From Piromyces finnis finn (Eukaryota > Fungi > Neocallimastigomycota), in the NCBI GenBank assembly GCA_002104945.1, contig MCFH01000003.1:372001-436000 (forward strand): 64,000 nt of DNA. The letters are read 5' to 3'. The position numbers and the translations under genes are program-made. Below are positions 18,206 through 34,733 of this stretch, in pieces. The notes beneath the pieces were generated by a model, which saw only the letters and a program-made list of their open reading frames with translations, did no database searches and was not told the origin of the DNA. Positions within the stretch are counted from its first letter, which is position 1. Every line of letters starts with the position of its first letter.

Positions 18206-20799
18206 TAACCAGGAAAAATTGAAACCAAAACAAATTTTACCCACCCCCTAAAAAAAAAGCAAAAGTTCAAGAAATAGTAATACTTTTTTTTTTTTCTTAT
18301 ATAATCCAATAAGGAAAATAGAAGAAATAATAATATAAAATAGCATGATTTATTTAATTTTCTTAATATATAGTATTATTTCTTTACTATTTTTCTTATA
18401 AAATTATAGATTTTTTAAATACTATTAAAATATTATTTATTTTAGTAGTTCTATTTTTTAATTAAACAAAAAAAAGATATTTCTTTTTTTTTTTTTAAAT
18501 TTTTAGATTCCACTTCAGTTTTTATTTTCGTTTAATTTTCATATTAAAAATAAAAAAAAACCTCAATATTATTTTAATTTTATACATTTTATTTATATAT
18601 ACATGTACCTTTTTTTTTTAAAGTATTGAATTTAAGAATTTTATATAATTCTTTCAATATATATGAATATATAATATTTATAATTTTTTATATTAAACCT
18701 TTTAAATAAGCATTTTCTTTTATTCATATTTTCATTATTAAAAATAAAAACTATATTATGATGAAGAGAAGGAAATCATATTAAAAAAAAAAAGTAAGAT
18801 TTCTAATATTTATATGCATACCTTTCATATATATAACGTATTTTTTTTTTATACCCATAACTTTCCAATATCTTATTTTTTGAAATTTTAGATATTACAA
18901 ATAAATGCCCATTGAAATAAAAAAAATAATAATAATAATAATAAACTTTAATTATAAGAATAATAAAATAAATATAAAAAAAAGTGTAATCTTTTTTTTT
19001 TTAGAATAATAAAGTGTATTTTATACAAATTACTGTATTTAAATGATACTAAAAGGGACTAGGATGTTAATTAAATAATAGAGTAATTGGTTGAAAATTC
19101 CAAATAGTAATAATCATAAAAAAAAAAAAGAATAAAAATTTTTTTATTAAAAGAAATATGAAATAATAATAATATAATTGATGCTTATATAAGTTTAATA
19201 TAAGAAACATTTAAGTATCGTTACAGTCTTCAACTTTTTTAAATAAAAAATTATTTCTTTTATTAATAAAAAGCAATGCATTATAAAATAAATTTATAAT
19301 AGATGCCAACAATAACATTCATATATAGCCGTAATGATATAGATGGGAAAATTCAATAGGTAAATGACTAACGGTAACTACATAATAAAATTCTTACCAG
19401 AATTATATGATAGTCTAATATAAAGTATTGAATTAAATTTCTTTTTTATTTTTAAATATATATGTAGTTAAAATACTTTATAATATAGAGAAGAAGTATA
19501 TCCTTAATTCATTGAAGAAATATAAATTATAGAAACACGTTTGGAAACATGTGTATATAAAAAAAATATTTATATGAAAACCATGTTAATTATGAAAATT
19601 TTAATGTTCTTTCTTGGTTATAGTTCCATTCATCTCTTCTATTAATTTTTGTGGACGCTTTTAATATTTCAATAGAAAAATTATCAAAATTGATTTCTCC
19701 TCTTGTTAATTTAGAAATAATTATGCTTAAACAGATTCACAATCCCATAAGTCCAATAGCTTTAAGTCAGCGTAAATTGGTTATAGCCTAATTCTATAAA
19801 TTATTTTTATTTTATACTAAAAAGAAAAGTATTTATTTATATTATTAAAGAACATAAATATGTTTTGGTTTTACTTCTTTTTAAAAAAAATATGAGTAAT
19901 AATATTTAAAGTTATAAAAATTACTTAAATATTGATTTATTGATTAATATTAACATAAAAATGCATGATTAGATAAGAAAAAATATAAATTATAATAACT
20001 ATTAAATAGTTTTTGAAATATATGTTCATAAATACGAGTTTAAATATTATATTGAGATATTTTAACCCTTTATATTATAAATGACACTTTAATTAAAATT
20101 TAGAGCAGATTTAATGGCTGTTAAAATTTCATCTAAACTAATATCTTTATTAATATCCCGATCTTTAATATATATATATCGAGTTATTCTACTTTATTCT
20201 ATATTACTATGTATTATATGTATTATAACATATATAAAAGAAAATTAAATATAATTTTCTTTTTATTTTTAATATCCTAATTACATATTGCTCAAATATT
20301 ATAGATAATAAAATTATTTGATGTTTTCAATTATAATAATTTAGTATTAAAATTATATAATATGAATATTAAAATATAAAATATTCCCTCTTTATTATTA
20401 CAATTAGTTATATAATCTTGGAATTGTTGTTAAAGAAAGGATTCTTGTAAGAAGGACTCACATCTTCGCCTAATATAATAATATATTATTATTACAACAA
20501 CAAAAAAGAAAGAGCATTAATCATTTTATTAAATAAATTTAAAATAATAAATTTTAATTATTAAAAAATTAAAATTTTATTGTTATAAAAGATTTTATGG
20601 GTTAATAAAGTAAAAAATCAAAATCTACTACTAAAACATAAAAATTATTGGAATAATTTGATTTTGGAAAAGGGAGGAGATATTAACTATGTTACAAAAA
20701 ATGGAAATAATATTTTATTTTATTTATTGCAAGAATAAAAAACTTGATTTTTCAAACCTGAAGTTTGTTTTGTTAAATAATGTAGATAAAATCTTTAAA

Positions 20800-22560
20800 A
20801 AAATGAAAAGGATATTAATATAAATGTAGCTGGCTTGGTAACTGATGTATTATCAATACCTGAAAATAATTTTGAAATGGATAAATATTTTATTGAAAAT
20901 GGATTTGATATTAATAAAAAAAAATATGGTGGGCTAAATGGATTACATAATTTTGTAATGAATGGAAATATAAAAATAATAAAATACTTAATAGAAAAGG
21001 GGATCAAGAATAATGAAATAACAAATTAAGGTGATTCTGCATTAACTTTTGCTTTGAAAGTGAGTAATATTAAAATAGTAAAATATTTAGTTGAAAATGG
21101 TATATATTTATATACAGAGAATAATAAAGGCAGAGATTTAGTTATGAAAGTATTAATTTTTAATCATAGTGATATAGCCAAATATTTGTTAAAAAAGATG
21201 AATTTTTTTAAAAATAAAAATCAATGCATATCTTTTTTTGAAATTAGCATGTAAAACCGGCCGGTTTAATTGATATTGTAAAATATTTGATTTATAAAGG
21301 TATATTCATTGTAGAAGAAAATATTAATGATATTGAATACGATATAATAATGAAATCTAAGATTGGATATTTAAGTATATTAGTATATGTATATAAAAAA
21401 ATATAAAGGTGAGCAAAATAAGTAAGAATAATATTATTGAATTAAATAAAGAAGTTGAAAATGGCGATATAACATTAGTTGAAAATTTTATAAGAAAGAG
21501 AACTATAAATATCAATGAAGAAAATGATAAATATACAAAAGAAAAAAAAAATTAATATATTATTGATGTCATGTTATAAAGGTAATTATTCAATTAATTA
21601 CTATTTTAATTGAAAGTGGTACAAATATTAATAGAAAAGATAATAATGGCTATGATCACAAAAAAGGATATATTAACATAGTTAAACTTTAAGTTAAATT
21701 TTAGTATAAATATACATCATAAAGATAATGATGGATGAAGTTCCTTTTTTCATGTCACATTATATAATCATTTAAACATTATTAAATATTTATTAAGTAT
21801 AGGATATAATATTAATGGAAAGGACAAGAACGGTAATAACTTATTAATAATAGCAGGAATATTAAACCATTTTGAATTAATAAAATTCTTTATAGAAAAT
21901 AAAATTAATATTTTTGAAAAAAATATATATGGCTTTAAGGCATTAATGGTAGCTACAATTACAAGAAATCTTGAAATTATGAAATACTTGAAAGATCAAG
22001 GATTAGACATTAACAGTAGGAAGTAGATATGGATGGAATGCCTTAATAATTACAACAGAATTTGACCATTTGAAATTATAAAATATTTTAGTTGAAAATA
22101 AAATAAATATTCATAGAAACGATATAAATAATTTTAATTCATTGTTTCTTTCATGTAATAATGGATATTCAGAAATTGTTAACTATTTAATTAACCAGGG
22201 AATAAATATTAATGAAAATTGTTTAAATTGGGATATAAGGTTGATATACGCAGCCAAAAAAGGATATTTAGTGTATTTCTGTGAATATGATCATTTTGAT
22301 GTTTGTAAACATCTAATGAATAGTGGATGTGACATCAAACTAAAAGATAATAACAACAATTGTTTATTTTATTCTGGAATTAACTTTTCTGTTCAAATAG
22401 AACAGTATTTCATTATTAATAAACATATTACGTTTTATTGAAAATATTATTTATTAAATAATAAATAATATTTATATATGTACATAAAATAAAGCTATCT
22501 GTAAATTTTGTGGAGAAAGGCGGTATTATTGATGCAAAAAAAAAAATATTCCAAAATACT
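20800..22560 (+). pseudogene. Degraded ankyrin-repeat gene
   Basis: Consecutive ankyrin-like units (NGNIKIIKYLIEKG, SNIKIVKYLVENG, NGYSEIVNYLINQG) broken by an in-frame TAA at 21027-21029 and several frameshifts. Ends approximate. Confidence 0.8.
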
Positions 22561-23261
22561 AAAAATATGAATATTATGTATAAAATATAATAAAAAAAAT
22601 GGAAGTTATTAAAAGTTAAATACATCCATATGATAAACCTTAAGATTTATTATATATATTTTCATAAAGAAAGTTTATATTAATCTGATGAGTTTCGTTA
22701 GCACACCAATATTATGAAAATTGAAAGGGTTATATTTGTATGTAAGGTCGAGGTAATAAAATTTAAGTTTGATGAAATTATTAATAATACCATACTATTA
22801 TTATAAATGTTTTGCAGATATAAAAAAATAAAAAATATATTATTTTGCTGAAACCTTATCTTACTTAACATTTTAATATGTTTAATCTTTTATTTAGTAT
22901 AAATTTTTAAATATTTGATCATTTCTTTTAAATTTAAAATATCTTTTTAATTTTTATTTTTTCTTAAAAAATTAATACCAATAACTACCATAGTAACTAA
23001 AATATCAAAAAAAAACTATTATATCCATATTCATTTATATGAATATAACAATTAAAATAAAAGAAATAATAATAGATAATAATAATAATAATAATAAAAA
23101 AAAACTACTTTAAAAAATTTTTTTATTATAAAATGTTTAAAAAAAAAAACTTTAATTAAAAAAAACTATTTAAAGTTTAATTTTTATTTTATCAGTTTTT
23201 ATAATAAAAGTAATTATACGAAGTGTAGAAAATAGAAAATATACAATAATACAATAATACA

Positions 23262-23265
<4 letters not shown>

Positions 23266-23341
<76 letters not shown>
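23266..23341. repeat. (AAT)n microsatellite
   Basis: Directly visible. Confidence 0.95.
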
Positions 23342-23344
<3 letters not shown>

Positions 23345-23665
23345 GCAATCATAATAAAATACTACTAATACCTATAATAAATAAAAATATAAGAAAAAAA
23401 TAAACTTTTAAAGATTAACATATATTATTAGTCCATAGATAAAAAAATAAAACATTTTCTTCTTTTAAAGTTAATTTAAATATCATTTATTAAATACTTA
23501 TCTACCTTTATAATATATATATTTTATTTTTTGGGATGCCTATTGCTAAAAATATAGTATTATTATTCCTGCTATAATTACTTGCTATCACAATATAAAT
23601 TATTATTACAATTATTAAAATATACCAAAAAAAAAAGAAAAATAAAGAAAAAGAAATATAAAAGA

Positions 23666-25337
23666 ATGCTTTATCCAAAAAATAATAGATATCATTCTAC
23701 TTATCATGAAAAATTATTTTATGAACCATCCAAAGATGTGGCGGATGCTCGAACTCAAAGTTACTTTAATTGGTATAAAGGCGATAAAAATAATATAAAA
23801 GATAAAAATTTTTATCCTTCACGTTGGCCGAGAATTACAAATAATGAAAGGAATTATAGTCATGATGTTTTTAAATTTGCAAATACCTCTTCAACAACAA
23901 CCACCGATAAACATAGTTCAGGTATATCATCACATAATTAACTTTTTTTTATTTTACAAAAAAAAAAAAAAGAAAATATATAAATTACATATAAATTATT
24001 ATATTATACTTATCAATTTATGTAATTTTAAAAAATAATAACAACATTAATTCAGATAGATTTTCTCGAGGTAATATAGATAATTGGTTAAAGGAAGAGC
24101 AAAAACAAAGAAGAGAAATTTCTAATAATCATATTAATGCTGTTAGGTAATCTATATTTTAATGAATCATACATGTATACATTATAAATAAACGAATTAT
24201 TATTAGTTTTAAATTTCACTTTTTTTTTTTTTTTTATTATTATAATTATTTATTATAGTAATGATAATATATTAATATATTAATTCTTTCTTTTTCTTTT
24301 TATTTTATCTAAATATATAAAAAATATTAAAACTTCATTTAATTTCATTTCATGAACAATTCATGTACATTTTATTCATCATTAAATTTCATTATTTATT
24401 ATTTTTAAAATACTGTATATATATAAAAGATTAAGTCGAGAAAGAAGAGATACAGAAAGATGGAATAAAATTGTAAATAAAGATATTGCAAATGAAAAAA
24501 AAATTGTTGAAAGACGGTTACACTCTAAAACTAATAAACCAGGGTAAATTATGTTATATAAATTAAAACAAAAAAATGATAATATATATCAATTTCTTTT
24601 TATCTACATTTAAATCAATTGAAATATATATATTAATTTATATTAATAAATAAATATATGATATGTTTCTTTTTTTCAATCAAAAAAAAAAAAATATATT
24701 AAATATTTCCTGCTTTCTTTTTATTCCCAAAAATACCCAATGTTAATTAATCATCTATTTTTCTATTGTAAAAATACTATCAATATCATTATTTCATTTA
24801 ATAGAAAAGGATTTAATATAATTAATAATCAGTATACTGAAAATGAAAGTGGTAGAGAATTAGCTTTAATTGATTCAATTGAAAAGGTAATGAAATATAT
24901 ATATATATATAATATATAGAGAAAATATAATTTATTATTATTATAGAGAAAAATATAATAAATATTTATATTAATTTCATTAATTTTAATTACATACTTT
25001 TATAAATATATATACATACACAAACAAAATGATTAAATAATTAAATATTTAGCAAAAAGTGAATTATTTATCATTAAAAAAGTATGAAAGAATGAATACG
25101 TATAACCCAGTGAAAGGATATGATATTAAAAAAAGATTACCAGAAGTAGCTACAAAACTAGAACCGGTTAATAATCATTCTTTACATAATGATAATAGTG
25201 CAGCATCAGTAGAACCTATTTATTATTTGAATGTTAATAATCAATCTAATGCTACAAATCAACTTGAACATATGTTAATGTCTAGTAATTCAGAATTAAA
25301 AAGAAGAAGAGAAAGAATGAAAAATCCAATCATATAA
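23666..25337 (+). CDS. Uncharacterised basic, hydrophilic protein, 5 exons, 275 aa
   Basis: Exons 23666-23921, 24056-24146, 24430-24543, 24805-24886, 25053-25337; all GT-AG, phases close with no internal stop. No domain recognised. Confidence 0.75.
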
Positions 25338-27733
25338 TAATAATAATAATAATAACAACAACAACAAAAATTTAATAATAAAATAAATGAGGAAAGAAAA
25401 TCTATATTTATGTTTATATATTAAAAAAGAAAGCATTACCAAAACATATAAATCAATACAAAATAATATTAAAATAGGGGGGAAGTTGTATTACGTATCA
25501 ATTCTTCCTTTCTACCAAATTATTTCATCTTTATAACGTTTTATATGTATACACCTCTAAATGTATTTGGATATGTATTTTCTGTCAAAAATATTTTTTT
25601 TTCAGTAAAAAGCATTCACGTTTAAAATATATAAAAAAAAAAATTATTTTTTTCTTCTTTTTTGTATAATGTCTATAAATTAATAAATTCATTCTTTTCC
25701 TCATTTTATTATTTTTTATCATAGGAAATATACATGAAAAAAAAATATTCTTTTCAAATTATTAAAAATAAAAACCAGCAACAATATTTTTCAATACTAT
25801 TACACTAGATAAAATGTATATAAAAATATAATATATATAATAATAATAAGGGAAAAATCTTTTTTTAAACATTTAATAAAGCATATTTATTTTTTAAAAA
25901 AAAACCATTAAACATAATTTTATTTTATTAAAATTGTGAACATCTCTTTTCTGAAACATGGTATGAAAAAAGAAAAATCTTGGATATGAAGAGATAATTT
26001 TAAATGTTAGCTGTTTTATCATACTTTCTTTCTTTTTTTTTTTAAAAAAACAATTAAGTTAGATGTTCTTTTTTTTTTTTTATCAAGAATAATTTTTGAT
26101 TTCATTTTATTTTTATACATGGATTTTAACAGATAATAATTAATATGTTTAATTAATAGCTCATTTATTAATTATTTTCTTTTTCATTTTTTCATTAGTT
26201 TACATAAATTTACTTTATGTTAATTAATTAATTAATTTTCATAGTTGAAGCTTTCATTACTATATTCTATATTTAATCCTTTTTTTTTTATTTTTTTATA
26301 TAATTTTATATATATGCTTTCTTTTTTTTTTTTTTTTTTTTCTTCATTTCTCTAGTTTTTTCATGATATTTTTTTTCTACATGATTTTTTTTAAATAGTG
26401 ATGATGATTCCAATATATATATTGTGTTACTTTACAAAATTATAGACATTTTTTCATGAGAGTTATTAAATCTATATATTTAGGTATTCCTAAGTCGTTT
26501 TAAATCTTACTTGGAAACTATTCATGAAAGTATATTATTTCTATTTATACTTTTAGGCTTTAGAATGGAATATATCCATTTTTTATTATTAAATTTATAG
26601 TTCTATTTTATGTTTTAATGCATTGAATATATTTAATTATTATAATAAATATTTATAAGATAGTAATATAAAAGACAAAAAGAAAAGAAAAAAAAAAATC
26701 ATTTTAAATAAATAAATATAACATTATTAAAAGAATGACTGGACTCTTTTTCTGTAGATTTTTCTATTTAATTTTAAAAAAAGTTTTTTAATTAAGAAAT
26801 TTTATATATAAAAAAGATATATTATTTACTGTAAAATAGAATGCATAGAACATTCTGAATAAGATTTTTTTTAGGTTTAAATATAATTATATTATTAAAT
26901 CTTAGTTTTTTTAATTGAAATTTTTTTTATTTTTATAATATTTAAGGTTTGAAATCAGTAATTATATAAATTAAATTGTATATGAATATAAATTTTAAAA
27001 AATTTATCTATCTATATATTTATTTATTCATTTACTTTTATAGAATCCGAGTGCCTGCCAAAAAAAAAAAAAGAAATAAAAAAATATCTTTATTAAGATA
27101 TTTAAATAAATATATATATATATATATATTTAATATCTCATAAAAAATAAATAATAAAGAATATTATATTAAAATAATATAATTACAAAAAAAAAAAGTT
27201 GATTTTTAGTATTTTTGGTTATATTAGTATAAATGTATTCAATATCAATAATACCAAAAAAAAAAAAAAAAAAGAAATTTAAAGTTCTTGATTATAATTT
27301 GATAGTTATTTTCATTATGATTATAATACTAATATAATTTGTTTTACTAATATATAAACCACTCAGTTATTCCATTTAATTTTAATCTTTCCCCATAATA
27401 AAATTTACAGAGTTTATTAAACATTGATTTAGACAATTTAAACAACTTTTATATTATTGTTTTTACTTATTTTTTTATTTTATTAATAATAGGCATTATT
27501 ACCAATATGCAATTTTTAAAATTAAATAAATAATTAATTACAAAAAGAAGTATATTATATTTCTTTTCTAGATAAAAAAATAAAAAATTCATTTCATTAT
27601 AATTAAATAATATTATATCAATATATATGAATTATTATGTAGCGTTGATATTAATAATATTTTTAAAAATAATATGGGTAACAAGGGAAAAGGTAAATAA
27701 AAATTGTTAATATTTGTTTTTCATATTTTCTTT

Positions 27734-30731
<2,998 letters not shown>

Positions 30732-30812
30732 TATTTAAACATTTTTTTTTCTTTTTGTCCTTTTTTTTTTTTTTTAAAAAAAGCTAAAAATACCATAAAT
30801 TTTAAATTTTTA

Positions 30813-30847
<35 letters not shown>

Positions 30848-31221
30848 AAAACAAAGATAAATATAATTGGTTTATAAATTTTTATAAAAAAATTAAAGAA
30901 AACAACCAAAAGTCAAAGGTGGTGGTTTTCTTTTCTTTTTGTACAGGTTTATAAAGATTTTCATAAAAATTAAACTTTTTGGTTTTTTACTTTTAATTCT
31001 TTTATATATAATATATTTATTATTTATTTTTATTTTTTGTTAATTGATGATTTACACCTTTATTAAAAACCTTTTTTTCTATGGATTTTAATAAATTTTA
31101 TCTTTCCTTTTAACACTCCTTCATGGATCTTTCGATATGAAAAAGTATTTCGAGGGTTATTAATTATTATTAAAGTTATAATTATTATTATTATTAGTAT
31201 TAATTATTATTACTATTACTT

Positions 31222-31253
<32 letters not shown>

Positions 31254-31267
31254 TTTAGATTTTTATT

Positions 31268-31299
<32 letters not shown>

Positions 31300-32150
31300 G
31301 TTATTTATTTATTTTGTATATCTGTATATCTTTAATAAAAAAAATAAAGTTTTATAATTAAATAATACCTTAAATTATTTTTATTTTTTTTATTTTTTTA
31401 GTTTTTTTGTTTTTTTTTGTTTGTTTATTTTTATGTTTTAAAAAAATTATTATTTCTAAATATTATATTATTAATGATTTAAAATCAGTAATATTATAGT
31501 GTAGTTTTATTTTTATTTATAATATTTTTATTTAAAATTAGTGTTATTTTTTTTTCTTTCCCCCTTTTTCTTTTATCCTTATTACTATAAGTTATTTTAT
31601 ATATTAAAAAATTATTTTAGAGAAACGACATAAAATAATTTGTGTAATATACAAGTATTATAGTAGTAATGATTATTATGGGGAAATAAAAAATAATAAT
31701 CTTTTAATTTTATTTATTATTATTCAAATTAATCCTATAATAGATAAAATAAAAGAAAAAAAAAATATTTATTATTATTTTTTATTTTGAAACAATTCCA
31801 TAAAAAAAAATAAAGTTTTTCTATGGAAAAATGATTTTAATCATGAATTCTTCTTATTTAATGTACGTATTGTATTTATATAATTTATTTCTTTTTGAAA
31901 TTATTTATTGTTGCTGGCCTAGTTGGATTGTCCTTTAAAGAGTTAATGAACTATTTTTAGGCGTCTATCATTAATATTCACATTATTACACTACGTTTTA
32001 CATTAATTAATCTACCAGAATAGGATGGAATTCTTTTTGGATGATTTATTCATTTTCTTTTTTATTTTAAATAGTTCAGGCACACAAAAGTAAAAATAAT
32101 AATATAAAATGTAGAGAATTAGAATGATAAATTTCTAAAGAATAAGATAT

Positions 32151-34733
32151 TTAAGAAGAATATTGGTTATACACAAAACTTACCTTTGTTTGATTGTTGG
32201 TAATAAAACTACCAATACCACGACGTTCCATCATTTCAATTGGGGATACTTGTGAAGTAACTCCAAAACTATGATTATAATTATTATAACCACCAATAAA
32301 ACTTGAATTGACGCTATTATGCTTATTCATCATTACTGGACTTGTTATATTCATACTGTTCATACCCATATAACTCTTTTTATTTCCAAATTCACCACTT
32401 CCACTTAAAAAGCTCATCATTCCTGAATCGTTTAAACTAAACTCTTCTTCTTCTTCTATTTTATTTGGATTGAAACTTTTTACCTTGTTTGCCTTAAGTA
32501 TTGGTGTCATTACTGGTGGTTCAGTTAATTTGGCAGTCTTTTGAAGCTTTACACGAGTTTCTTGTGAAACATGTTGCAAATTACGATAATTAGAGTAATC
32601 TGTAGCTGACTTTGCATTTGTACGGTACCAACCATTAGCAGCAGCAGCAGCAGTTTGGGTTGGGCTTATTGGACTCATTGGATTGGGTGTATTTGAATTT
32701 GACATACTTTTACTATAAATAGATGATTTATCCATTAAGAAAGAAGAATCTTCATCATTCTTTACAGAATAAGCATATTCACTTTCCATGTTTGGAGAGA
32801 GAATACCATTAATACTCATATTTACACTATTCTTTCTTTTTGGAGTAAAGTCCATGGTTTGATTTTCGTATATAGTAGGATAATTTGATTTACTTTCATA
32901 AGCTATTGTAGAAGCAGATTGATTGCCAAGCATTGGTTCTCTTGTTTGACGACCAGTATTCTTTATTGGAATTAATGGTAATGGTTTTCTAATAGTATTA
33001 GTACAGGCACGTACTAAAACATTAATCCATGTTACAACACCTAATTGATCTTCAGCAGCTAAATGGATGCTACCTAATCTTGGATCCTTTAATAAAAAGT
33101 TGTGTTTAACGGCGTTATCGCTATTACTATCAGGTAAGATTTTATAAGTGGCATCTAATTCAAGAATTAAAAGAACCTTGGATTCACTGATATTCACTGA
33201 GCTTTCATCATCACTATCCGGTGATTTTAATATGTAAAGTTTATTATCGATTAATACAACCCAACGCTTTTTCCATTCAACTTCGTCATCGAAACGAACA
33301 GAAAGCCAACCTTTACGTTCAGCATTCTTAAAATCAAGGTTGTTTCCATTGGCGTTTTTGTATTTGTCAGAAGTAGATATAGACATGGAACGTGGTAATT
33401 GGTTTACTGGCATAATACCACTTTGATGGTTTTCACCTTGTAAGGATAAAGAGCGATTACGATTTCCCATGGATCCCATAGTTATTCCGGAGATACCAGT
33501 CATTCCACCATAGCCATTATTAATGGAAGTATTTGAAAGTTCAGATGGTTTATAAACATTAGGAGTAACAGGTAATTCATGATGACGTTTTTCTAAACCA
33601 GTATTGAAATTAACACTTTCGTTGGAAGAATTGGATTTTGGTATCTTTTTACCTTCATCATATTCCATATCGGATTTATCATAGTATTCACTGATAGAAA
33701 AGTTAGAGGAAGATTTATGCATTTTATTATCTTCTTTATCATATTTTATGGAACTACTATTAATACTTTCATAATCAGATACATAAGATGTACTATTACG
33801 ATTAAAGTTACTAAATAACGATTTATTTTCAGAATATTCCTCCCTGAGGGTAAGAATTTCATGAAGAAGTTCTATTCTTTCTGATAAGGAATTAATACCA
33901 TATTCTCTTAATTTTGAAAGATTCAAATCTAATAGTTTATCACCAGTGATATTATTTTCTTTAATAGCTGGGATAATTTTTTCATAGGCAATACTCATAA
34001 GCCATTCGCATACCTCATTAACTGACCAATCTTGTGGTTTTCTAACCTGATTAACTTGTCCAACAACGACTGATATATTTTTTGGTAAAGAAACGGTAGA
34101 TTGTTGGGACTGAGTATGAATAGATGATTGAAAGTAAATATTAGGTTGAGAATAGCTCATAGGTTGACTATTATTATAAGAATTATTACTTTTTATTCTT
34201 ATATCATTAGAAGTAATACGATCCAAATCACCACCCATGGTTCTAAAATTATTAGGAAGAGAAGTACTCACTCTTGGTGAAGAAAGCGGTTTCATACTAG
34301 AAACAGATCCTTCTGGTGAGGAAGGACGATTATCAAAACCAGAAGAATTAGTAGATTCACCTGATTTAGAAAAACTTCTATGAATTCCATCTTGGCTATT
34401 ATTTAAAGATAATGAATTATTAAAGGTACCAAATGGGGATACCATAAGATGATTATTGTAATTGTCTTCGATGATATTTGGAACATAAGAATAACCATTT
34501 TCAAAAAATTTATTAATATTTACATTGAAAATGTTTTCTGTTGTTGTGAAATTTACAGGAAATAAACCTTCATCACCACTTAAGGTACGACCTTTCCACC
34601 AACCATCATTAAATTCTTCATCTTTTTCTAAAACTAAAATAGGATCACCAGTTTGGAATTCAATTTCATCTTCTTCTTCTCTTTCAAATGGATGTTTTCC
34701 AAATATAATTAAAGGTTTAGTTTCTTTTGTCAT
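32151..34733 (-). CDS. BOI1: SH3-SAM-PH polarity scaffold, Boi1/Boi2/Pob1 family
   Basis: N-terminal SH3 (EDEIEFQTGDPILVLEKDEEFNDGWWKGR...EGLFPVNF), SAM (WSVNEVCEWL...ITGDKLLDL), PH (RKGWL...WKKRWVVL...WINVL). A GTAAGT donor at 32183 suggests a final exon I cannot fix. Confidence 0.88.
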   Translation of the reverse strand: MTKETKPLIIFGKHPFEREEEDEIEFQTGDPILVLEKDEEFNDGWWKGRTLSGDEGLFPVNFTTTENIFNVNINKFFENGYSYVPNIIEDNYNNHLMVSPFGTFNNSLSLNNSQDGIHRSFSKSGESTNSSGFDNRPSSPEGSVSSMKPLSSPRVSTSLPNNFRTMGGDLDRITSNDIRIKSNNSYNNSQPMSYSQPNIYFQSSIHTQSQQSTVSLPKNISVVVGQVNQVRKPQDWSVNEVCEWLMSIAYEKIIPAIKENNITGDKLLDLNLSKLREYGINSLSERIELLHEILTLREEYSENKSLFSNFNRNSTSYVSDYESINSSSIKYDKEDNKMHKSSSNFSISEYYDKSDMEYDEGKKIPKSNSSNESVNFNTGLEKRHHELPVTPNVYKPSELSNTSINNGYGGMTGISGITMGSMGNRNRSLSLQGENHQSGIMPVNQLPRSMSISTSDKYKNANGNNLDFKNAERKGWLSVRFDDEVEWKKRWVVLIDNKLYILKSPDSDDESSVNISESKVLLILELDATYKILPDSNSDNAVKHNFLLKDPRLGSIHLAAEDQLGVVTWINVLVRACTNTIRKPLPLIPIKNTGRQTREPMLGNQSASTIAYESKSNYPTIYENQTMDFTPKRKNSVNMSINGILSPNMESEYAYSVKNDEDSSFLMDKSSIYSKSMSNSNTPNPMSPISPTQTAAAAANGWYRTNAKSATDYSNYRNLQHVSQETRVKLQKTAKLTEPPVMTPILKANKVKSFNPNKIEEEEEFSLNDSGMMSFLSGSGEFGNKKSYMGMNSMNITSPVMMNKHNSVNSSFIGGYNNYNHSFGVTSQVSPIEMMERRGIGSFITNNQTKVSFVYNQYSS

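Noticed and set aside
18028-18309. Minus-strand 93-aa ORF
   Set aside because: Antisense to the last exon of the SH3 gene.
19600-19800. Possible coding relic on the minus strand (SIIISKLTRGEINFDNFSIEILKAS...)
   Set aside because: Short, interrupted by stops, no recognisable motif.
22685-22730. Hammerhead ribozyme core CTGATGAG
   Set aside because: No stem II closing onto a C-GAAA on the same strand.
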